Source of the DNA: the human T2T-CHM13v2.0 reference genome, Homo sapiens
Length of the DNA stretch: 64,000 nucleotides
Assembly: GCF_009914755.1 (NCBI RefSeq)
Contig: NC_060926.1
Strand: one strand, 5' to 3'
The position numbers and the translations under genes were made by a program. This document shows, piece by piece, positions 53,148-64,000 of the stretch; position 1 is the stretch's first letter, and every line of letters starts with the position of its first letter. Below the pieces are notes generated by a model. The model did no database searches. It was not told the DNA's origin and saw only the letters and a program-made list of their open reading frames with translations.

Positions 53148-53530
53148 TAGCCAATAAACCCATGAAAAGATACTCAACAGTATTAGCCATCAGGGAAAGC
53201 AAATCAAAACCACAATGAGATATCACTACAGATCCACTAGGATAGCTAAAATTAAAATGAGTAATGATACTATAAAATGTTGGTGAGGATGTGAAGGAGT
53301 TGGAATTTTAATCCACCCTGGCAGGAGTGTAAAATTGCCTGGCACCCAGGCACAATTTCCCTGGAAAATTGTTCGACAATTTCTTAAAAAGTTAAATATA
53401 TACAATCCCTAGGACCCAGCAGTTTCTTTCCCGGGTATATACCCAAGCGAACTGAAAGCATATGCCCGTATAAATATATAAATATTCATGGAAATTTTAT
53501 TCAAAATTGCTCAAAACTGGAAACAATCCC
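52860..53530 (+). mobile_element. L1ME-type ORF2 end fragment containing a (TA)/(TG) microsatellite (53018-53143)
   Basis: ggccacagaaaaggagaaaatatgtgc...aaatcaaaaccacaatgagatatcactac...aaactggaaacaatcc. Confidence 0.75.
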
Positions 53531-54700
53531 TCTTGTGCTTTGGGAACTCCAATTACATGTATATTTGATGTTTGAAGTTGTCCCTTGGTTCCCTGATACT
53601 CTGTTCATTTTCATTTTCTTTTTTTTTTTTATTCTCTCTAGTTTCATTTTGGATAGCTTTTATTGCTATGTCTTCAAGTTTCCTAATCTTTTTTTCTCCA
53701 ATGTTTAATCTGCTGTTATTTTTCATGTCAGATATTGTAGTTTTTATCTGTAGAAGGTCTTCCATGCCTCTAGTCATCATGTGCAATCTTTCCTCTAGCT
53801 TCTTGAACTGTTGTACTAACTCTTCTAGTGTCCTGTCTAGTAATTCTATCATCTGTGTGATTCTTATGTCAGTTTCAATTGATTGATTTTTGTCCTCATT
53901 ACAAATCATAATTTCCTACTTCCAAATGCCAATTTGGAATGTTAATTCTGCTAATTGCTGAATGGTTATCAGACGTTGTAAGTTTTACCTTTTTGGGTGG
54001 TAGATATGTTTGTATTCCTGTAAATATTCTTGAGGTTTTTTTCTGGGATGCACTTGAATTACTTACACTTTGATCCTTTCAGAACTTGCAGTTGAGCTTT
54101 GCCAAGTGGAACTAGAGCAGCCTTTAATCTAGGGGTATCTTTGTTTCAAGACACAAGCTAAGCCTTTCTGAAAACTCGACCCAATGCCTGTGAATTATGA
54201 GGTTTTCCACCCTAGCTGGTAAGAGCAGGAACTATTCCTGGCTTTATGTGTGGGCCTATCACTGTCCCTTTCATCTTTTGAGAGAGTTCTTTCCCCAGAC
54301 TTGGATAGAGTTCTCTGAAACATACAGGAATCAGGATTCAGCTGAAGGTGGAAGCAGAGCCCTCAGTAGATCTCTGTTTTCTTCTCTCTATTCTCTACCC
54401 TGTAAACTCTAGCCATGCAGACTCTTGTCTCTTCTCCACTCCAGGAGGCCACTGTTCTCTGCTGGGATCTCACTCTGTGCCTCAGCCAGAGACTCTCTCC
54501 AGACAGCCAACTGGGCCAATTGGGGGCTCACTGCATTTGTTTCCCATCATTCTGGGCTCATTGTTTTTTATTGCTAGAGTCCAAAGTCTTTCTAACCATT
54601 GTGCCATATATTTTGTCCAGTTTTTAAATTGTTTCAGTAATAATAAAAAATACAACATCTTCTGTTCTAAGTAACTCTCAATCTTGTAAAGAAGTAGGAA
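53531..54700 (-). mobile_element. L1M 5' region (ORF1 coiled-coil remnant plus 5'UTR)
   Basis: ORF 53553..53909 (-) ...ETDIRITQMIELLD...NSRLNIGEKKIRKLEDIAIKAIQNE resembles old L1 ORF1. Confidence 0.7.
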
Positions 54701-54820
54701 ATTTACAAATAATACTTTAGGGTAAAAGAAAAGCCAGGTGGTAAGTTGAGATAAGTGGAGAAAAAAGGGTTAAGTACAAAAATGGCCAATAGCTTCTGGT
54801 TTGAAAATGGAAAAGGATAT

Positions 54821-55319
54821 TGTGTTAGGCAGAAGAATGTCCTTCCCTGCCCCAACCCCACAAAGGTGTCCAAGTCCTAATCATGGAAACTGTGAATTTT
54901 ACTTTACATGGCAAAGTGGTCTTCACATATGCACATATGTGATTAAGTTAAAGATGCTGAGATGGGAAGATTATCCTGGGCTATTTGAGTGGACCCAATG
55001 TAATCACAATGTTCCTTGTAAATGGAGGGAGGAAAGTCAGAAAAGAAGATGTGACAATGGAAGCAGAAGTCAGAGGGATAGGATTGCAGGCTGTAAGGGG
55101 GCCATGAGCCAAGAATTGACAGCAACCTTTAGAAACTGGAAAGGGAAGGGAATAGATTTCCCTAGAACTTTGAGAAGGAACGTAGCTCTGCCAAAATCTT
55201 GATTTTTGCCCAGTGGGACCCATTTTGGACCTCTGAACTCCAGGAATGTAATAAATTTGTGTTTCTTAAACCATTAAGTTTGTAATAATTTGTTACAGTA
55301 GTGATCAGAAACTAATACA
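54821..55319 (+). mobile_element. MLT1D-like MaLR solo LTR
   Basis: tgtgttaggcagaagaatg...gagatgggaagattatcctgg...aataaatttgtg...gaaactaataca; TSD gatat/gatgt. Confidence 0.9.
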
Positions 55320-56557
55320 GATGTTGAATAAAATGGTTAACTTTTGCTCCTGTCCAACAGTGAAGTTGTTAGGGTAGTAAACCACCCATCTGCAGGAACT
55401 TCCTCAGATAGTGGTGATCGTCATTTGCGTGCTGGTATATGAAGGACTAAATTCGAAGTGTGTGTCATTTGTCATCAGTCTCTGTTACTATAATAAATGT
55501 CTGGAATAAAATTATGGGTAGCTATTAGGCAGATGCTTGTAGCGACACTGGCTTCCTGTGAGTCAGAAGAATGTCCCCAGCCTCCACCTCCACCTCCAGA
55601 GGGACCCAAATTACACAAGAGTTGAAGGGAGGCAATGGCTTTACAAGACCTGGAATTAGAAATTTTATAATATTTTTAGCACTGTAAAGGGCATACCATC
55701 ATCCTCCTTGATAAAATTTACGTCTATTCTTCAAACATGCTACCTGTGTTCAGAAACATGGGTTTCAATATTTAAAAATAGGGGATTTGGCCTTAGTTTT
55801 TCTTCAGCTTGATTTCCCTTTGCTTGAAATAATTTTCCAGTATTTATCTAGTGAACTTCTAGTTATGATGTCTGGATGCTTTTGTCCCCATGTGAGGGTA
55901 AGTCAAATAGTTTTTTATTAATAAAAATTTCTTAATAAATAGCATAAGTTGTTTGTATACAGACTCCAAGTACCCTCTAGTCCTTTGCCCAGATAATTAA
56001 TTGCATTTGAGGATAAGCAGCCAATGAGAAAAAAGGCAGAGAACTGAACATTCTCCTTCCTCACCTTGGTTGGAATGGAGACACATGGTGCATGGTTGTC
56101 ACTCTGGGTTGTAAAAGTTCTCTCTGCATTTGGGGATATGCACAGATGAGCAATTAGCTAAGTGTGTACATGCATTGTATTAGAGAAGAACCTTGCTCCT
56201 GGCTAAATCAAAGCATTCATTATTGAGGCTAATTCCAACTCACTTAGCTTCTCTGTGAGAAATAAATAACGTTTCACAGCCTCATATGTCCTGGCAATGT
56301 CCTTTAAGTCCAAGCAAGGCTAGGTAGAAGAGACAATGGGCTTAACAAATTGTCTACTGGTTTGTTTGTTTGTTTATTTTTTTATTTTGGTGTTTTTTTT
56401 TTTTTTGGAGTCAGGGCTTCTCTATAAGGTCCTTATGAAGCAAGCCAAGACAAAAATTCAAAACAGACCAGATAGAACAAGAAGTTCATGGGCATAATTA
56501 GGTTTAAGATCTTCTAAATCTGTTTGGTGATTTTATTTGCCAAATAGGTAGTGTGCC

Positions 56558-56983
56558 TGTCTTAGTTAATTTTCTGCTGCTGTAAGAAAATACTACAGAT
56601 TGGGTAATTTATAAAGAAAAGAAGTTTATTTGGCTCATGGGTCTGGAGGCTGGGAAGTCCTAGAGGTTGGCACTGGCATCTGGTGAGGATATTCTTACTG
56701 CATCCTTAATTGCTCATCTGTGCATATCCCCACATGAAGGCATCTCATGGCAAATACATGGATACACTCGAGGCAGAATAAATAGAAGCCAAGCTTATCC
56801 TTTCGTCAGGAGCACACTCTTGAGATAAGGAACCTACTCCCACAATAACAGCATTAATCTATTCATGAAGGCGGAACCCTCATGATCTAATCACCTCTTA
56901 AAGGTCTCACCTCTTAACACTGTTGCACTGGGTATTATGTTTCTAAGGTATGAACTTCCGGGAGACATATTCAAACCATAGCA
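56558..56983 (-). mobile_element. MSTC/MSTD-like MaLR solo LTR
   Basis: tgtcttagt...gggtaatttataaagaaaagaagtttatttggctcatgg...ttcaaaccatagca. Confidence 0.87.
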
Positions 56984-57198
56984 GTATCCACATTCAGATT
57001 GTGTCCATGTAGAATCAGAACAACTGATGATAAATTTTTCTCTTCTTGACCAAAAAAATTGTATCAAGAAAATGGTTTGTCTGACTTTATTTTCTCTACT
57101 TTTATTTTCGTTGATTGGAATAATTCACTCATTTCACTTATTTATGAAAGTTTTCTGTTTGAAATGTATTCAATGTACAGTTGATGTGTCTCTGTTTT

Positions 57199-57200
<2 letters not shown>

Positions 57201-57233
<33 letters not shown>
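57201..57233. repeat. (CA)n microsatellite
   Basis: Direct reading. Confidence 0.92.
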
Positions 57234-57234
<1 letters not shown>

Positions 57235-57450
57235 TCCTTCTTTAATCTCTTGTTCCCATCTCCTAAGTAGGGAGACTCCCAATATGGCAGAGGCTAAACA
57301 GTACTAGTATAATTGAGTTGCAATTATTCTAAATTTTTATGTTGTCATCTGGCTTTTAGAATACGGTCATCAAGTTCTCCATTGCTGAGTTGCCCATGAA
57401 ATAGTGATGCTGAGTTTGGGAAAAGAGTTTATAGTGATCTGGCTTAACAT

Positions 57451-60400
57451 ATTAACAGCATAATAGAACAAGCTAAGGAAAGAATCTCAGAGCTCAAAGA
57501 TTTGTTCTCTGAAGTAATTCAGTCAAACAATAAAAAAAGAAAAAAATGAACAAAATATGGGAAATATGAGAAATATGGGATTCTGTAAGGAGAGCAAATC
57601 TACAACTCACTGGTGTTCCTGAGAGAGATGCAGAGACAGCAAGCAACTTAGAAAACACATTTCAGGAAACTGTCCATGAAATCATCTGCAACTTCACTAG
57701 GGAGGCCAACATTTAAATTCAGGAAATGCAGAGAACCCCTGCAAGATTCTACACAAGAAGACCATCCCCAAGACACCTAATCATTAGATTATCTGAGGTC
57801 AAAATGAAAGAAAAAGTGTTAAGGGCAGCTAGAGAGAGGGGCAGGTCACCTGCAAAGGGAACCCCATCAGACTAACAGCAGAACTTTAAGCAGAAACCCT
57901 ACAAGTCAGGAGAGACTGGGGGCCTACATTCAGCATTCTTATAGAAAAGAATTTCCAAACAAGAATTTCATATCCAGCCAAACTAACTTTCATAAGCAAA
58001 GGAGAAATAAGATCCTTTTAAGACAAGCAAATGCTTAGGGAATTTATGGCCACCAGACTTGCCTTATGAGAGGGCCTGAAAGGAGCGCTAAATATAGAAA
58101 GACCATTACCAGCCACTACAAAAACACACTTAAATACACAGATTATTGACTCTATAAAGCAACCACACAAATAAATCTGCATAATCACCATCTATAAACA
58201 TGATGACAGGAACAAATCTGCACATAACAATATCAATCTTGAATGTAAGTGGGCTAAATAACCCAATTAAAAGACACAGAGTGGGAAGTTGGATAGAGAA
58301 GCAAGATCCATATGCTGTCTTCAAGAGACCCATCTCACATATCATGACAACCATAGGTTCAAAATAAAGTGATGCAGAAAAATCTACCATGCAAATGGAA
58401 AAAAAAAAGGCAGAGGTTGGTATCCTAATTTCAGATAAAACAGACTTTAAGCCAACGAAGATTTTTAAAAAGACAAAGAAGGGTATCACATAATGGTAAA
58501 GGATTCAATTCAACAAGAAGACTTAACTACCCTAAATATATATGCACAACACAGGAGCCACCCAAATTCATAAAGCAAGTTCTTAGAGACCCAGGAAGAG
58601 ACTTAGATTTCCACACAATAATAGTGAGAGATATTAACACCTCACTGACAGTATTGGACAGATCATCAAGGCAGAAAACTAACAAAGGTATTCAGAACCT
58701 GAACTCAACACTTGACCAAATGGACCCAATAGATATCTACAGAACACACCACCCCAAAACAACAGAAAATGTATTGTTGTCATCAGTGTGGCACATAATC
58801 TAAAAGCGACCACACAATTGGTCATAGAATAATTCTCAGCAAATTAAAAAAAAACAAAAATCATATCAACTGCACTGTCAGTCCACAGTACAATAAAAAG
58901 TACAATAAAAATAGAAATCAAGACTAAGAAAATTACTCAGAATCATACGAGTACATAGAAATTAAACAACCTGTTCCTGAAAGGCTTTTGGGTAAATAAT
59001 AAAATTAAGGCAGAAATAAAAGAAAGCGTGAAATTAATGAGAACATACAACATACCGGAATCTCTGGGACAGTCATAGCAGTGTTAAGAGGGAATTTTAT
59101 AGCACTAAATGCCCACATCAAATTTCATGTGGGCATATTTTGAGTTAGAAAGGTCTCAAATAAAAAACCTAACATCACAACTAGAGGAACTAGAGAAACA
59201 AGAGCAAACCAGCCCCAAAGCTGGCACAAGATAAGAAATAACCATAATAAAAGCTGAACTGAAGGAAACTTAGAAAAAAAATACAAAAGATCAACGAATC
59301 AAGGAGTTTGTTTTTTTGAGAGAATTAATAAGATAGGCCACTAGCTGGACTAATAAAGAAAAGAAGAGAGAAGATTCAAATAAATATAATCAGAAATGAC
59401 AAAGAGGACATTACCACTGTTCCCACAGAAATTAACAACAACCAAAAAAACACCCTCAGAGACTACTATGAACACATCTATCCACACAAACTAGAAAACC
59501 TGGAAGAAATGGATCAATTCCTGGACATATACAACCTCCCAAGACTGAACAGTGCCAGCTCTTCTTTACATATCTGGTAGAATTTCAAATTCAAAATGAG
59601 TTTCAAAACTGAATCAGTTAAAAAAGCCTACCAACTAAAAAATGCCCATGACCACAGAGATTCACAGCTGAATTCTACCAGATGTATAAAGAAGAGCTGA
59701 TACCATTACTACTAAAAGTATTCAAAAAAATTGAGGAGGGCTCTTTCATAAGTCATTCTATGAGGCCAGCATCATCCTGATACCAAGACCTGGCAGAGAT
59801 ACAACAAATAAAGAAAAATTCAGGCCAATAAATATCCTTGATGAACACAGATGCAAAAGTCCTCAACAAAATACTAGCAAACTGAATCCAGTGGCACATC
59901 AAAAACCTAATTTACTACAAACAAGTAGGCTTTATCCCTGGGATGCAAGGTTGACTCAACATGCACAAATCAATAAACGTGATTCGCCACATGAACAAAA
60001 CTTAAAACAAGAACCACATGATTATCTCAATACATGTAGAAAAGGCTTTTGATAAAATCCAACATCCCTTCATGTTAAAAACGCTCAACAAACTAGGCAC
60101 TGAAGAACATTCTTCAAAATAATAAGAGCCATCTATGAGAAACCCACAGCCAACATACTGAATGAGCAAAATCTGGATGCATTTCCCTTGAAAACCGGAA
60201 CAAGACAGGGTGCCCTCTCTGCCATTCCTACAGAACATAGTACTGGAATCCTGGCCACAGCAATCAGGCAAGAGAAAGAAAAAAAAAGGCATTCAAACAG
60301 GAAGAGAGGAAGTCAAACTATGCCTGTTTGCAGATGATATGACTGTATACCTAAAAATCCCCATAGTTTCTGTCCCAAAATTCCTTGATCTGATAAACAA

Positions 60401-62260
60401 CTTCAGCAAAGTTTCAGAATACAAAATTAACATACAAAACTCAGTAGCATTCCTATACACCAACAGCATCCAAGCTGAGAGCCAATTAAGAACACAATCC
60501 CATTCACAATAGCCACAAAAAGGATAAAGTACTTAGGAATACCGCTAACCAGGGAGGTGAAAGATTTCTACAACAAGAATTATGAAACACTGTTCAAAGA
60601 AATCAGAGATGACACAAGCAAATGGAAACATATTCCATGCTCATGGATAGGAAGAATGAATGTTGTTAAAGCGGCCAGACTGCCCAAAGCAATTCACAGG
60701 TTCAATGCAATTCCTATCAAATTACTAATGACATTCTTCAAAGAATTAGAAAAAACTATTTCAAAATTCATATGGAACCAAAAAAAGCCCTAATTGCCAA
60801 GGCAATCTTAAGCAAAAAGAACAAAGCTGGAGTCATTACATTACCTGACTTCAAACTATTCTTAAAAGATACAGTAAGCAAAACAGCATGGTACTGGGAC
60901 AAAAACAGACACATAGACCAATGGAACAGAATAGAGAGCCCAGAAATAATGCCACACACCTACAGCCATCTGATCTTCAACAAAGTCAAAACAATCAGTG
61001 GGGAAAGGACTCCCTGTTTAATAAATGGCCCTAAGATAACTGGCTAGCCATAAGCAGAAGATGAAACTAGACCCCTTTCTTATACTGTACACAAAAATTA
61101 ACTCAAGATGGATTAAAGACCTAAATGTAAAACCTAATACTGATACTATAAAAATTCTGGAAGATAACCTAGAAAATAACATTCTGGACACAGGATCTGG
61201 CAAAAATTTCATAACAAAGACATAAAAAGGAATTGCAGCAAAAACAAAAATTGACAAATGGAAACTAATTGTATCAAAGAGCTTCTGCACAGCAAAAGAA
61301 ACTATCAACAGAGTAAACAGACAACCTAAAGAATGAGAGAAAATATTTACAGACTACACATCTGACAAAGATCTAATATCTAGCATGTATAAGGAACTGA
61401 AACAAATTTACAAGTATAAAAACAAGCCTATTAAAAAGTGAGTAAAGGACATGAACACTTTTCAAAAGAAGAAACACATGTGGCCAATAAGCATCTAAAA
61501 AACATGCTTAACATCACTAATTATTAGAGAAATGCAAATCAAAACCACAATGAGACACCATCTCACACCAGTCAGAATGGCTATTATTAAAAAGTCAAAA
61601 AATAATGGATGCTGGTGAGGTTGCAGAGAAAAAAGTGCTTACACACTGTTGGTGGGAGTGTAAGTTAGTTCAGCCATTGTGGAAAGCAGTATGGTGATTC
61701 CTAAAAGAACTTAAAACAGAATTACTATTCCACCCAGAAAGCCCATGATTGGGCATATACCCAAAGGAAAAGAAATTGCTCTACCATAAGGATACATACT
61801 TGTGTATGTTTATTGCAGCAATATTCACAATAGCAAAGACATGGAATCAACCTAAATGCCCATCAATGGAAGATTGAATAAAGAAAATGTGGTACATATA
61901 CACCATGCAATATTATATAGTCATAAAAAATGAGATCATGTCCCTTGCAGCAACATAGATGAGCTGGAGGCCATTATCGTAAGCAAACTAATGCAGGAAC
62001 AGAAAACCAAATACTACCTGTTCTCACTTACAAGTGGGAGCTAAATGAGAACACATGGGCAAAAAGAGGGGAACAACACACCAGGGACTACTTGAGAGTG
62101 AAAGGTTGGAGGAGGGAGAGGATTAAAAAACTACCTATCAGGTATTATGCTCATTACCTAGGTTACAAAATAGTCTGTAAACAAAACCCCCATGACATGC
62201 AGTTCAACTAGAAATCTGAACATGTACCCCTGAACCTACAATAGGAGTTAAAAAAAAAAA
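57451..62260 (+). mobile_element. L1PA15/16-like LINE-1, 5'-truncated within ORF1 (~4.8 kb), ORFs disrupted
   Basis: ORF1 tail, ORF2 start atgacaggaacaaatctgcac (~58203), RT motif CLFADDM (ORF 60210), 3'UTR gagaggattaaaaaactacctatc, A tail. Confidence 0.92.
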
Positions 62261-62679
62261 CACATAGCCGGCTTATAGAAGCACTGCAGGGGCATAAATC
62301 TCTCAGAAGCCTGTTGAGCTGGAGGATGCATGCTGATTCACGTGAATTCTGGAGTTTGTGATGCAGGTGAGAACATTTTTAAAGCAGGAGGAGTTCAGGA
62401 GTGTTTGTTCCTAGGTGTTACATGATTAGGCAAAGAGAATTTAACACAAAAAACTCAAATGGAATTGGTAAGTAACTGAATCATGGTTCAGGTAATTTTT
62501 TTAGAGCCATTTTGATGAGACTAGGAAGTTCAGGTAAAACAGGCCCTCCCTCCTTAGTGGTTACGGAACCACAAAAGGCGATCCAGTCTGAAACGTGGAA
62601 AAGCAACTGAAAAATAACTTGGAAACTGAAAAATAAATATTACAAAATCTAATCAATTTGCATACAAGTGGCTTCAATG

Positions 62680-63930
62680 CTATTATTTTATCCAGCAAAT
62701 GAATTATTTAGCACCTATTTTGTGCAAAGCTCCTTCCAGGAAGTCAGAGTTCAGCACTGGACATGACAGACATGGTTTCTATCCATTATGGAGCTTAAAA
62801 CCTTGGGAGATGTCAAACGTGGTAGGCTCAAAGTATGGTCTCCCAAATATGGCCACATCCTGATCCCCAGAGCCTGTGAATATGTTACCTCACATGGTTA
62901 CCTCACAGACATGATTTCATTAAGGATCTTGAGATGGGGAGATGATCCTAAATTATCAGGTGGGCCCAATGTAAGCATCAGGGTCCTTATAAGAGGAAGG
63001 CAAGAGGATCAGAGTCAGAGAGAGAAGATAAAATAGCAAAGCAGATGGCAGGGAGGAGAGGTGTTTTGCTGCTAGCTTTGAATATAGAGGAAGAGGCCAT
63101 GAGCCAAGGAATACAGGTGATGTGTAGCAGTTGGACAGGGCAAGAGGGTGGATGGATCCCTTGCTAAGGCCTCCAGAGGGAGCATAGCCCTGAGACAGCC
63201 CTTGCTTTTGACCCACTGAAACTCATTTTAGATTTTTGACTTTCAGACCTGTAAGATAATACATTTATGTTGTTTTAAGCCAGTAAGTTTGTGGTAATTT
63301 TTTACAGCAGCAATAGGGGAAAATAATACAAAAAATAAGCAAATAATTATCTGAAACCCTGTATCACTATCGTTGTGATTGGTGCCATGAAGGAAAAGCA
63401 GAGAATCCCATAAGGAGACATAACAGAGGCCGAACCTAAGATGGGCTGAGCTAACTTCCCTCTATTTCGCTTTTTCTGGAGGAGGCCTAGGGTGAAATGA
63501 CCAGGAGAGGTTGGGAGTGCTGTGCTGAAGGCAGAACAGCCTCAGCAAGGCTGTCTGATGCCTAAAGGAATCTGACACAGTGGAGGCTGGGGGAGAAGCG
63601 GCACAGTGAGCAAGGGGATGGAATGGATTCTGGAGGGCTTCGTGGCCTGCAGAGATTTTAGACTTCATCCAAAAGGAAGACGCAGCCACTGAAGAGCTGT
63701 AGTAAGTGGGTGCCAAGATCAGGTTTGTGGTGTTTTTAGATCATTCTGGCTGCTCTGTGGGGAATGAATCTGAGAAAGTTAAAAGCAGCTAAGGAGATAC
63801 GGATGAAGACCATTGAATTCCTCAGAACATAGGATGATTACAGAAGCTTAGACAAGGGTGGTGATAAGGAGGGAAGCAGGTCTATTTTGGAGGGGGACTC
63901 TCTAGGACCGGTGATTGATTGATTGAATCA
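62680..63930 (-). mobile_element. L2 LINE fragment interrupted by MLT1D
   Basis: ttatttagcacctattttgtgc...gacatggtttctatccattatggagctta[MLT1D]...aggcagaacagcctcagcaagg...tagatcattctggctgctctgtgggga. Confidence 0.82.
62818..63330 (+). mobile_element. MLT1D-like MaLR solo LTR
   Basis: gtggtaggc...cacatcctgatccccagagcctgtgaatatgttacc...gttgttttaagccagtaagtttgtggtaattt...aataca. Confidence 0.9.
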
Positions 63931-64000
63931 ATAATTCTTTTTTTAAAATGGCTAATCATTATGTGACTCTATCATGTTTATGAATCCTTCTGTTAACATT

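Overview
Primate (human-like) nuclear DNA: AT-rich, CpG-poor and dominated by transposable-element fossils (AluY/AluS/FLAM, L1PA/L1PB/L1M, L2, MIR, THE1/MST/MLT1 MaLRs, ERVL and MER57 LTRs, hAT and mariner MITEs). I find no host protein-coding gene, tRNA or rRNA. Every long ORF in the track derives from L1, THE1 or ERVL, so the window is intronic or intergenic, possibly crossed by a non-coding transcript. The most informative structure is a nested stack at 14.4-22.3 kb. An ancient MLT1 provirus holds an L1PA10-like element that appears to be a retrotransposed spliced L1 RNA: its first 96 nt are joined at the +97 donor position to ORF1 codon ~75. That element also lacks its RT domain and hosts an Alu and a twin-primed (inverted) L1PA3. 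Other features are a decayed ERVL LTR-gag-pro-pol relic, a full-length THE1 with a 334-aa open frame, and two inverted-duplication scars in an L1PA15/16-like element. Subfamily names come from remembered consensus sequences and need RepeatMasker/Dfam confirmation. I do not see evidence for a wholly new biological system.
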